Source: Phoronis australis (lineage: Eukaryota > Animalia > Phoronida). From it: a stretch of 64,000 nucleotides of DNA. Shown here one piece after another: positions 52,388 through 64,000 of this stretch. The stretch's first letter is position 1; every line of letters starts with the position of its first letter. The DNA lies in contig NMRA01000282.1 of assembly GCA_002633005.1 (NCBI GenBank), forward strand, positions 333,748 to 397,747, in the 5' to 3' direction. The notes beneath the pieces were generated by a model. That model searched no databases and was not told where the DNA came from. It was given only the letters and a program-made list of their open reading frames with translations. The position numbers and the translations under genes are program-made.

Positions 52388-52569
52388 ACACAAAGACTGA
52401 GGAAAGTACTAAGAAGAACGACCATACAACAGATAAGCAGGGGACTGCCTCCAGGAATTTTACCCATAACACTCTTCATATGTGCTCATGGTGCCCCGCA
52501 AGATTCAGGTGGTATCAAGCTTACAAGAACCATGTCAACTTATACCATCATATTACTTTGAAAAAATGA
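52388..52569 (+). CDS. Last alternative exon 24, single zinc finger (finger 1 replaced by a polar linker)
   Basis: tttttagttgcag|ac, phase 1; (D)TKTEESTKKNDHTTDKQGTASRNFTHNTLHMCSWCPARFRWYQAYKNHVNLYHHITLKK*. Same length class (182 nt) as the other exons. Confidence 0.72.
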
Positions 52570-53625
52570 TTCGTTACACATCCCGAGTGCATTATTCATA
52601 ATATAATATTAGAGATACCTTTGTTAGCAAATGACTCGATCTCTGTGATGTTTGTCAGTGGACACATTTTATTTTGTTTCTGGTGTCCTTGATGGCGACA
52701 CTAATATGTCCTTTTTTGGTAGCATTAACCAGAAACAACTGTATTGTAATTCTTGTTGTTAAAGGGATGCTAAACCCTGTTTTGTAGATTTCAGCCAGTC
52801 CTCATTCTGCCACCTTCTACATGCATCGTTGGCATTTCACTGGAATGATAAAAGCAGCTTCCTGTTCATTAATGCTAGGACCTCGCTAAAAAGGAAGGCT
52901 TTGCGAGGTAACAAGATAAAGAAAAACGCGACTTTGGCTAGTTGCCTAGCGTTACTGAATGCGCGCCAGGATTCGTCCTTGGTTGGTGGTCTTTCCCTAC
53001 AGTTGTTTTGCGACTCGCTTAAAACGTAGGTCATGCTTGCCCGTTGAGCAGACTTTGCGCCAAACTTTTGAGGCTTGTTCAGGCTACAGACCATTATTTT
53101 GTTTTGGAGAATTTTGTAGGAGTCATTTTTATTATGTGTGTTAGCAGGTCACAACTGGGTTTAGTATCTTTCTAAGCTGTGTATGTATTTACAGTGACTG
53201 ATTCCTAACAGTGGATTCCCAACAATGGTGGTTCATGTTATTTTTTCACCACAAAACTGCAACTTTGTACAGTTTGTAGTACACTTGACATTTATTAATT
53301 AACGGCTTTGGGTTTTAGGTATTGTTAGTTTCCTTAGTTACATCAGCTTACTGGGTTACTTAAGATTTTTATCTTCACCTTTAACTTGCAGAAACTACAT
53401 TTAGGTGACATTTTATCTGTTTCAGACATATGTTAGGTGTTAAATAAAGTACATGGTTCTCTTTTACCTTTCACGAGAAATGAGGCAAAATTATTTTGAT
53501 GTCCTGTATCTGACATCTACCTCAGCGATGTTGAGTTTTCCCTCCGTGTGTTGTTTAAAACAACATGTTTTGTACTGGACTTAAACAAAGACCACTCTCA
53601 TTTCTATTCATAATATTTTGGGTTT

Positions 53626-53955
53626 GCTTGATCCAAGATAGACTCCCTATTTTTCTCTAGAAACCCTCTCTTTGCATGTCAAACGGGGCTATATTTGATC
53701 AATCAACACACATTATTCTCCTTGGAAGTGATCCGTGACAGCCATTACTAAATTCTGACACAGAGGTCTTCCTTTCAGCTCACCTTTTACAACAGCTGAA
53801 ACGAAGGCCTCTGTATTAAACTTTAAAATTGAAATAACTCGGATGTCACCGATCAGGCCAACAAGAATAATAATGTGGTTGAATGGCAAAACACAGCCTG
53901 CTCGACAGAAAAGAGAATTACTAGAGAAAAATTAGGAAGTGTATCCGGATCAAGC
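53626..53955. mobile_element. Fold-back MITE-like element of about 330 bp
   Basis: gcttgatcc.agata.act.cctatttttctctag is inverted against ctagagaaaaattaggaagtgtatccggatcaagc; internal arms (cagaggtcttcctttcagct / agctgaaacgaaggcctctg) also pair. Confidence 0.7.
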
Positions 53956-55805
53956 ACAGGCCGAACGCTATGAATAGAGATGGGGGTGATCTCCAAGTCT
54001 GGTATACATTACAATGCATTGTTTTTCGATCCACAAGGCGGGGAAACAGCGTAACTGAGGAAGCTGTCACTCAGACACAGCCTGGCAACTTCGAAATATT
54101 CTGAGGCAGTTTTGCCCAATTTCTCGTGGAAGGTTAAAAAGAATCATGCTTCATTACACATGCTACCTTCCTAATTGAGTTATTTAGTGAAGAAATAAGT
54201 TGATAAGCTATATACACGTGTGCGATTTTAACGTTGATTTTAGTTCATTTGTAATAAATTTTTGTTTGTGGAAATATTTCATACTGCTACGTATATTTCA
54301 CTAATTCAATTTCATAACAACACAATAAACTGTCTTAAAGTTTACTAAACTTTCAGAATCACACAATCAACAATAATTAAGACCCTGATACAAGGTTTTT
54401 ACAAAATGATGTACTTATATTAGAATCAATTTTGTCATCCACAATTAGCTCAAACACAGATACACACATATCTAGCGCAAGGCCCAAGTAGATAGCCTCA
54501 ATTACATTTAATAATTAACCAATTAAACTCAGTTGATCTTTGTCTTACTGTTTAGATTTAGGAACAACGACTCACCCAGTTAAAAATCTTCCAAATCCTG
54601 TACCTTTTAGCAGTTTTTGTGCAGAGTCAAAGTACTAACAGCTGAATGGAGATTTATAGAACCTCATTTGTTTATAACCCCTCCCTTCCTACTATTAGCA
54701 GGCCAACTGCCATATTCACACTTCCAAAATAAACTTTGAATCGCACCTTTACAAGGGTCCGTCAATCACTTTGCGAGTGCAAATTATGATAAAAATTAAT
54801 ACATTGTAACATTATCCAAAATTTGGAAACTGTAATCCCAAGTGAATTCGGATTTTCTTGATTCCAAAATTAAGGATGATTTTAGCTGTTAACATGTTTC
54901 TAAAATTCCAGACACGCCACATTTTGCATGATGGGAGAATTCTATAGAATTCTATTAATATTAATTGAAGTCCACTCGGGAGGTGAATTAGGGGAACAGA
55001 ATCCTCAAAAATTCAAAAAGTACACTCCGATAAACATCTGTAATAACATTGAATCAGTTGGTCCTTTGCGAGTAACAATTGCAAGCAAACACTTGCAGCT
55101 GCTATAAACAGTGTTTTGGTGTTAGAAACAAGGCATTTGTCTTTTGAAACAACATCATATAGTCTTCTCATTCTTTGTTTGAATTAAAATTGTGATGAGC
55201 AATAAATGACTTGGAGTACTCCTGACAACCGTTACTGTCTTGGCATCTGAAAATAGCCTACAATGACTCGCAACTTGATGGGCTTCGTCTCAGGCAGTAA
55301 ATGATACGTAATTTCTTTTCAACCCTAGAAACCATTGCTAATCTGAGCAAAGAACAAGAGAGCAATTTGATAATTAAGTGGCTTGAGTAAAAAATTATTT
55401 TTGACAGACATTTGGGCACAGTTATTGAAAACCTACGTGGGTAATAAAGCACATTTTATCAGAAATGACCATGAAGACTTTGACAAGCTGTGTTCATTTT
55501 AACAGAGATGAACAAAATAGAAAGTGATCTCAGAAATCCCTGACAATAAGCACCTGACAAATTTAAGAGGTCGATTGTGATGACAACAGTTGCATTTACA
55601 ACCGTACGGAAAATTGAAAGTCATTTTGGGGAGCACTTACCCCCTCAAGATCAAAATGGAAGGCCTGGGTTTACTGCCCCTTTAAATCAAGATGACTAGC
55701 ATAAGATTAAACTCATTTAAATATAATTATTTGAGAGTGCCACTCGGTACACTGTTCTGTTGGAGTTGGTTTTGCATATTCAAGTAACAGTTGCTAACAT
55801 CGTTT

Positions 55806-55924
55806 CTATAACCTCAATTCTTTGTCATCTGGAAGTGGCTGGAAATATGAATCCACTATGTCTGGTGTAACCTCTGCTAGTGTCGAAGGATTCCACTTGG
55901 GGGAGTTGTCTTTGTCCACCAAAA
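55806..55924 (-). CDS. HIBCH: 3-hydroxyisobutyryl-CoA hydrolase, last coding exon
   Basis: tttcag| (L)LVDKDNSPKWNPSTLAEVTPDIVDSYFQPLPDDKELRL*; matches the HIBCH C-terminal DKD.SPKW.P motif; phase consistent with the previous exon. Confidence 0.92.
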
Positions 55925-57181
55925 CTGAAATGAAAAATGATGCAGCTACACATTCATAAATCAGTTTTAAGCGACTGGCCTTGATTGATTTTAAAGTTTA
56001 ACAGATCAACTGGTGCTTCGGCTGGCCAGTTGAGATTTCGCGTTGCAAGATTTTTCTCTACTTTCTAAGTTTTGCGACTAACTTATTGACCGTTTAGAAC
56101 TTCCTCGAAAATTAATGCAGTGAAATATATAACTTTTTACATTCTCTTGGTGAAATAAGGTTACAATCGTCTGTGAGCGATCAAATAGCATCAATACGTA
56201 ATCTGGTCAGATGAAGGGGAAAACCTCATTAACAAAAATAAAATGCAACTTTTGCACTATCTTGGATAATTAAGGTCACAGGGGTCAGAGTGTAATCAAA
56301 GAACATCATGTAATCCAATCATAATCCTTTACATGCGCGCACCCAGCCTAAAATATACGAGGGCTCGAGTTTTTCGATATTCAGACCTTTTACAGAATGA
56401 AATCAACGAGGACTAAAAAAAAAAGGTTCAGGCCCAAGAACTGTGGATCGGCGCCGGCTTCCCGTGGATTTTGTGAACTTTTGTCTCATTTACTCGGACA
56501 TTTTATTTCAATGAGGTGGACCTTTTTGCCCAATTCGCCAAATTCGGAAGGGCTCATTCGAGGCCAACTGCCCCCCCCCCCGGGTGCGCCCATGCTTTAT
56601 TACAATTATTGACCAATCATAGCTTCAGTTAATATACATGCCACGCGTGCTCTCCCCCATTCAAATTTCTCTGCATTCTTTGCAGTATTAAGATCACTGG
56701 TAACCGGTGATAAGCACAAGTCAAGTTGCGCTGCACTGTGTATAAACAACAGAGGTTGGGATGATCAACAAAGGAACAGCAGTCACAATCAGCGATACTT
56801 CTCTTGTTGCAATTACCCAATTCTTGCCAATTTAACCATAAACAAGTTCTGATTTCGTTTTTGCAGTCCCTAGTATCTAAAATGGGAACAAAAGAATGTC
56901 GCCCTGACCAGTGGGCACATATCACTTGACACCCATCTCACTTCCCTAAAACCCAAACAAAAGAAGCCAGTGGTAAAAGTCCAGGTGTTGTGGTAAGTGC
57001 CTTTTGTAATCCCAAAGGGTAAGAAACAGTCATAGTTGCTGGTTGGGAAATGTGATGTAGTGCCAACTGCACATGATGTCATGTAAAAGCTGAATGAGAG
57101 ACCCTTATTTGGAATATGGTCACGATATTTGTTCACTATTTGAGTGGCAAAAATGCTCCTCATCACTCCCATGTGACTTAC

Positions 57182-57320
57182 GAGCTCTCACACCCTCGTA
57201 GAAGTCGCAAGTCCTAACACAGCCCTGACTCATGCGGTATTCCATTACAAGGACATCTTGAAGTGACATGGTTCCGCCAGCCAGCAGCAGGCGAAGTGTG
57301 ATCTTCATGGATGATGGAGA
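57182..57320 (-). CDS. HIBCH: HIBCH internal exon
   Basis: ttctag| [46 protein letters not shown] |gtaagt. Confidence 0.93.
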
Positions 57321-57930
57321 CTAGAACAAACATTCTCCATATTACGTAACACATACATGTAAATACAATTAGTAATATTCATAAAAATAATTATAATAAC
57401 GTCCTACACCTGTGGCTCAGCCTACAGTCCCATCTGTTGTTGACGATGCCGCCATCAATCCGGCGCATTAATACCAACCGTAACATGTGAAATTAAACAT
57501 GCATTAAAATCTTGGCAATTTAGGACATAATATGGCCAGCAAGTGAAATTTTATTTTCTCACTTTTTCCATGAAAGATACAATTCACGAAGGAGGCAAAA
57601 TAATCTGCATCTTCAAACCAACATAAAGCACAACAAAATTCAAGCTCTGCTCAGAACACGGTACAACCAAATATTACTGTAACTGAAAATTCTGCTCACC
57701 AACACCAAAACCAAACATTTAAGTTAGTTTCACAACCCAACGCAACAGTCACAACTCGGATATCGACGATTTTTAATGAAATCACAAAATGCACACAGGA
57801 TTTTGCTGTTTGTTCTGATCAAATTTAATAACTTCAGGAAGTCTATCCTCCAAATAATAAACCCCAGAATGCGTTTTCCGGCTATAAACTGATTGTGTCA
57901 CTTTAAAGCAAAAAAATAATGTACAGATAC

Positions 57931-58086
57931 CATCTTGTTCAATGTTTCCACTTGTTTCTGGGCCCACTCAGAGCCATCTTGAAGTAGGTTGTCAATAATG
58001 CCCTCTACAGTCTGACTATCAAACAGCTTATTGATCTTTTCCATGTTGGACTGTAAGGAAAACTCTTTGTCCTTGTCCACCTTACA
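57931..58086 (-). CDS. HIBCH: HIBCH internal exon
   Basis: tttcag| CKVDKDKEFSLQSNMEKINKLFDSQTVEGIIDNLLQDGSEWAQKQVETLNKM |gtatct. Confidence 0.92.
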
Positions 58087-59082
58087 CTGAAAAGCAATAA
58101 ATACATTTAGCATTAATTACCAGCAAAGAGCAGATAACCAGGGATGGTAAAAGCTTATACATTTGCATTTTTTCACAAAATGATATTTTGAATCACAGCC
58201 ACCCGCCGTTACGGTGTTTTAGATATCTGTTCTCAGACACGGACAGTTTGCACAAAAAACGTCAATGATGCAATTATAAGCAACTGGTTCATGATTCAGG
58301 ACAAGGATTCAGAATTTTTTTCACCTATCAAGGTTTCAGAAAATATATTGTTGACAATGGACAGATGAAAAACAATTTGACAAAATGTGACTGGATTTTA
58401 TGAAGGTTGATAATATCAAAGCCTCGAGCATAACCACATCCTGTTTTTTAAAAAAATCAATCTTCTTCACACAAGCATAATATTAGTTCTTCCACATTTA
58501 TGATATGGCATTCTCTTCCTTTACTTTTAAGCTGAAATAGGTTACAATGAATAATATGGAATTCTTGGATGTCCATACTGCCATGGCAACTGAAACTAAC
58601 ACGCTGTGAAAAGCAACTTGGTCTGAAGTTATGGCAACCAGTAACTATTACGTATTCAATTCTTCAAGACTAGACATCACTTCTAATATGAGTAAGAAAC
58701 AAGAAGGAATTGATGTAACTAAATCAAAACTAGCGCTTTGAGAGAAGGTGCACGATTATTATTCCCTCTTTAAACATGCCAGGAGAATAGGGTTAACATA
58801 CCTTGCTTCACCAAGACTAGGCTAGGCAAGGTGCCTTACCCCAGCCAAGCAGCAGGGCAAGCCTATTCATAAAGACACACCCGAGTTAATTGAGCATGTT
58901 GATTTTTGTTATAAAGTACTCTGCCTGTAATTATTTCTACCAGATTAGGTTTACTGCATTGGAAACACAAAGGATATGGTAAGGCACTGTCTGGAGGAGA
59001 TTCTTGGTGAGCAGGGTGTAATTTGTAAACCCAATTTATAAGTCATGTACCTGGACATAGTCAACTACTCTGACCAGCTCAC

Positions 59083-59169
59083 CTGTTCATGGTATTGATC
59101 CAAGACTGAGGCCACATCTTCTACACTGGGCGATTTCAAATTCAGCAACTCCTTCTCCAGGGAGGCTAT
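59083..59169 (-). CDS. HIBCH: HIBCH internal exon (more 5' exons not found in the window)
   Basis: tttcag| IASLEKELLNLKSPSVEDVASVLDQYHEQ |gtgagc; joins the next exon in phase 0. Confidence 0.88.
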
Positions 59170-61779
59170 CTGAAATGGGAGGCATTTCTTATTTAGCCAT
59201 CTTTATACATTTGTAGCACACATGGACGAAATAACAAACAGCAAACTTGACTTATTTCAGCAAGAAGACAAAAAGTTTTATTTGTGATTGTCAACCACAT
59301 GGAGTCACAAAATATTTGCGGCTTCGAACAAATTCTTGTCCAGGCACTTATTCAAGAATTACATTTTATTCCAAGAAATAATTTAAATTTCTAGATAAAC
59401 CACATATTGATATACTAAGCCACCAACATCTTTGGCAAGCTGTCTCACCAATTTCGATCAGAAATAACTGCCAAAACTTTTTTATACCTAAAGGCAACAG
59501 TCTGAATGCGTTGCCAGATTTTGAGAACCAGATCGATACTGTTATTCAGTGGAGAAAACTGGTTCTCAAAATTTGAGCATGTTAAATCAGACTATTTACC
59601 TGCCAAACATCATCGTACTGTCCGACAGCAGCTGTGCTATACAACTAAAAAAACAAGGCATAATGTTTGGTGCAGTTTATTGTTTATGAAAAAATAAAAT
59701 TTCATTAACTTATCCACAACATGGTGCCCTAAATTAGTGAAATTTTTCTCTATATGCTCCCAGCCCTGAATAATGTCTACATCTCAGGGTTACCTTCTAA
59801 CTTCTAACCCCCCCCCCGTGATTAAAAACGTGAAGGAGACTACATGCAGCTGAGGTCACAGTACCAGAGAGTCAAACAAAACTTCTGGTGTATACATGCT
59901 CAGTTGCATGAAACAGTACCAAATAGCGACTCAACAATGTTCCCAAGATGTTTTGCACATTTGTCGACTACTGAAAACACATGATTGTCCTTTCGCTATT
60001 TTATTTTCATCACCAAGCCTATTTTGGTTTTGATGCACCTGATCGAGAACTAAGTCCGTAGTCAATTCTACTGAAGTACACGCTCAGTTTGTAGATATTA
60101 AATGGTTACACAATAGCATCGAGTCCAAAAGGAGCTCATAATAAAGATAACATATTAATAAAAACATAACACTTATGAGCAAACAAAGGCACAAACAAGA
60201 ATATTTAGGGTAAATAGTTTAGTCCCTATTTGGGACTGTGCCATGTAACCAGGCACAAGTGGTATCACACATGATATGACGAAATACACTTCGTTTTACC
60301 CATTAGCCAGATAACGATAACAGAAAGGTCACAAAGTGCGAATATCATGGGTACAGAGAGTAGGTGAAGTGATTAAAACAAAGACTAAGAAAATGAAGAC
60401 AGCCAGCATGTGCCATTATGTTACCAGGAACTAAACTCATTGACAAGATGTCTAAAAATCGAGCAAAATGACATCAACTTAAAAATTGTGCTCACTTGTC
60501 TGATGATGTCCCGTCTTAGGTTATCATCTGATTGGAGGGGGGCAGGGCAGTGTACTTGCCAACTGCCCTGCTTTTGGTGTGACCATCCCGTTTTTGAAGT
60601 TATGTCCTGTGTCCAGTGTTATGATCAAAACGTGCCGCTTTTTGAAACAAGGGGCAAAATTTTCGTAAACTATTACCCTAAATTTTTGTGCCTTTCCACT
60701 AGATGTACCCCTATTACTAGTTTTATTTCACAAACACAAGAAAAACACCCTCAAGATATGTCTGGGGGTTGTGGAGGATAGTTTCCCCTAGTGTTATGTC
60801 CAAGATCCAAATGTCCCGCTTTTTCATTTTCGAATGTTAGCAACGTACATGGTGCTCATGTTCATGTTCATATGTCACTACTGAGAATTTCCGAAAATAG
60901 GATCATGGACGAATATTTGGAAAACAAATTTTCAAAAATTTCAAACAAAACCTAATATACACGCAGGTGTATTTCTGTGTTAACCATACTATGATGCAGT
61001 TTTGTTAGACAAACATTGGTCGTAAAGTGTTTTGAACCAAGCACAATCATCCTTTTCAATGAAATGTAGTTTTATCTAACTAGTAAGAACTTTATTCGTC
61101 CATACTCATTTCGCATTCAGCAAACATCATCCAATAAAAACCTAATGTTCACAATGTGCAACCAATATCACATTAGATACTAATCTGAGTGAAATTACAA
61201 TGCCATAATGACGTCTTGTCAAAATAAGCAAAATTTTACACCGAAACATATTGAATAGTATGCATCTTAGAACAATCCATCAGATTTTCAAAAGTTGTTC
61301 ACAGTTATCAACAATACACCCATGGGTGTACTTTTGGGTGGGCTTATTTTTGGAAATTCCCTGTATAAAAAACTTAGTCAATAAATGCATAAAACAACAC
61401 ATGAGGAGCTGTCCATCCCACTCCCCTCAAAATACAATTACTATTATTATTACTTTGTTAATGTTACAATGATTATTATTGCCATTTGTATTATTGTACT
61501 ATTATTACCATAAAGATTATTATTACTTCTGAAAACATTTTAAGCCAAAACAGGTTTTAAAAATGGCACTGTATGCAGTTCTGCAGACATCACTTCCTGT
61601 TCAACCCACCAGATGCCATAGTGCACGTGACGTGCACTAACACACTTCAGGGTCACAGACTATGGTTACCAGCCAGTGCAACATTCAGACCCCAGTCACT
61701 CCAGCAGCCCATGTGTGACAAAGTGCATGGGAACATAGCGGCATGTCTCTATCATCTATCAATGATGTACAGATAACAC

Positions 61780-61815
61780 TATAAAGCTAAAGTAGCCCAC
61801 GACGAGCACTCAGTC
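61780..61815 (+). promoter_or_regulatory. TATA box plus initiator of the lectin gene
   Basis: TATAAA at 61780-61785, TCAGT Inr at 61810-61814 (canonical spacing of about 30 bp), ATG at 61839. Confidence 0.75.
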
Positions 61816-61838
61816 TCTGACTGATTTCTACGCGGGAC

Positions 61839-62364
61839 ATGCATCTGACTAGGTTAATTCTTGTGGTTTTCGTTTCACACCAAGCGAACGGTCAGTTTTT
61901 GGATGTGGTCAGTGACCGTGGTGCAGACATTCTAAATGCACTCCAAAAGCTGAAACTGGCACAGCAAAAGTATACGGAGGACACACAGAATGAGATTGAG
62001 GCTCTAAAAGATGCAGTCGAGGACTTGACTGTCAAAAGTAAGAAATGTTGTAACGATACCAAATCTGCGTGTGCGAAGGTACTAAACGTTGATACGTGTC
62101 CAAAAGACTTCATATTTCGCGGCAAATCCTGTTACAAGATCATCAATAAGACAATGGACTGGTGGACAGCCATGAAAAAATGCAATGAACTGGGAGGACA
62201 TCTGGTGGACATTGAATCGGCTGAGGAAAATGCGTTTGTACTGTCCCTGATGAGGATGGGAGCAGTAAGAACTGCGTGGACAGGGGCCAACGACCTTGGT
62301 GTTGAAGGTCAATTCAAATGGGAGTCTACAGGTGACTCTGTAAGCTACACACAATGGATGAAAA
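61839..62364 (+). CDS. Secreted C-type lectin (perlucin-like), first coding exon: signal peptide, coiled-coil neck and N-terminal part of the CTLD
   Basis: MHLTRLILVVFVSHQANG signal-like peptide; CPKDFIFRGKSCY...AMKKCNELGGHLVDIESAEENAFV...WTGANDLGVEGQFKW; donor a|gtaagt at 62365. Remaining exon(s) not identified. Confidence 0.9.
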
Positions 62365-64000
62365 GTAAGTTCAGGAGACAATATAATCATCAGGTATACA
62401 TTTAATTATTGGTACATTTTCTTGAAGCGAAAATGTTCAAAGGGGACTCTCTCATAGCAGGGGTTGGCAAATTGGGTAGACATTTTTGTCTTAAGGTATT
62501 CTCGGGTGGATGCTTATTGCTATAATTTGTAATATCAGTGCAATTACCTTGGGTGGTGGGTGGGTATTTTGACTTCAGCATCATAGAAATAGTCTTGGGT
62601 ACTTATCATTTCTTGATATTGTTTTGTGCACCTATTTTGAAGTGCCTATTCATTTTGGGCTAGGCTATTCATAATCCATAGAGACAATTATCTTCTCAGC
62701 CAGGACCATTCAATTGGCGCAGTTGCATGACTAACAGGACTCACAAAGAACAGCTTTCACTGACCTTGCATGGCAATTTCAAAAGGCCTATTGTATGTTA
62801 GCAGAACAATACCCATGATATACAACAGTCTGAAAAATTCTGAGCCCCTATGCCACTAGGTCCTCCCTCCTACCCTAAAATATTGTCTTGATTTTGAATC
62901 TGGGGCAACACACACCTACCTATTACGTGGAAGAGAAACCTTACGCATTCAGCACCACCTATTATTCATAGACATGGACATTTTGAACAGTCGGTGAGTA
63001 ATTTTGCAGCATTTGTTTGAGGCTACAACGGACTTTAAAAAAAGTAATGACCCCAACTTTGCTACAGGTTATTGAAGGTTATATAAGACCCAAGAAAAAT
63101 TTCCATATAGATGATCCAATACATATGAAACATGCATTGTTCTTCAAAATGCCATTAGGAATCGGTTATAAAATGTTCTACTTTTGTACAAGGGGCTACC
63201 AAGAAATAGGACTTTCCTGATTTTCAAGAAAAAAGTGAAAAGTGCCATGAAATGAAAATGAAATGATAATTTTGAAAACTGTAACAGCATTTTTGAGATT
63301 TCATATTAAACATGTACAATAAACAAAATTTGGCTATGGTATTGATAACATTATTTTGATATTGATGTGCCTTCCCTTTTTGCTGAATTTACTAAAAAGA
63401 CATGGTCATATGACCTAAGTACTGAGAGATTTACCATTGGTAAAAGACATAAACTACATTCTGTAAGCTTTCTACGTTCAGGAAATACATACTTTATCGA
63501 GTTTAAATCTATAGTTTTATCAATATTTGGCTTAACACACAGACTTGCAAGATCTCACAGACCCTTAATGAGAAGAACGTCATACATCATTCATCAAAAC
63601 AAATCCTCAATGTGGTATTAGTGTTTTTAGTCTGATTTTCAATTTTGTCCCAATCTCAACTCAGTGCAGTAGTCTGTCAGAGCACGTATGCCAGCTTTAC
63701 AAAACTCAAGTTGTCAACGGTTACGAAGCAAATTTTTGACAGTGTTTTCTATTTCATTGTTGATATAATAATGTCCCCCCAAGGCCTTATATATATTTTC
63801 CATCCAAATGATGATCTAAATGCAGTCTTCAAAAATGTTTATGATTTTTCCTCGAAGTTTGCCTCTGTCACTTCCTCCCATTATGGTGAAAACCCAGACG
63901 GAAATCACACAAAAACTGAGACGACACTAAATCATTTCCACCACTGGCGAGTGTTTAGAATTAATTTCGTGACCATCACAAAAATCGAGTCTTGAAATAC

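Larger units (their letters stand above)
3651..52569 (+). other. Array of alternative (mutually exclusive) terminal exons, each encoding a C2H2 zinc-finger pair; variable 3' region of one lola/mod(mdg4)-like gene whose common 5' exons are outside the window
   Basis: 24 intact and at least 4 decayed homologous units on one strand. Each intact unit has a polypyrimidine+AG acceptor, 2 nt completing a phase-1 codon and an in-frame stop. 23 follow x-C-x2-C-x12..14-H-x4-H-(LGxRxx)-C-x2-C-x12-H-x4-H. No conserved ATG; homology stops at the acceptor. Confidence 0.88.

Noticed and set aside
3651-52569. Dscam-type docking/selector complementary sequences before each exon
   Set aside because: No shared upstream motif beyond branch and pyrimidine signals was evident by eye. 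A motif search including the missing constant-exon intron is needed.

Overview
AT-rich, intron-containing animal genomic DNA, probably a marine invertebrate (lophotrochozoan-like; this is inference). The main feature is a ~49 kb array (3651-52569, all + strand) of short C2H2 zinc-finger exons. None has its own start codon. Each begins directly after a pyrimidine tract/AG acceptor in the same splice phase (phase 1) and ends in a stop codon. I count 23 intact two-finger exons, 1 intact one-finger exon and at least 4 decayed copies. This is the architecture of one gene with many mutually exclusive 3' terminal exons supplying interchangeable DNA-binding domains, as in insect lola, mod(mdg4), broad and fruitless. 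The shared 5' exons are not visible in this window. Transposon relics (piggyBac, THAP, Helentron/HINE-like, MITEs) and minisatellites lie between the exons. The array ends tail-to-tail with the last four coding exons of HIBCH (- strand). A C-type lectin gene (+ strand, with TATA and Inr) appears to be nested in a HIBCH intron.
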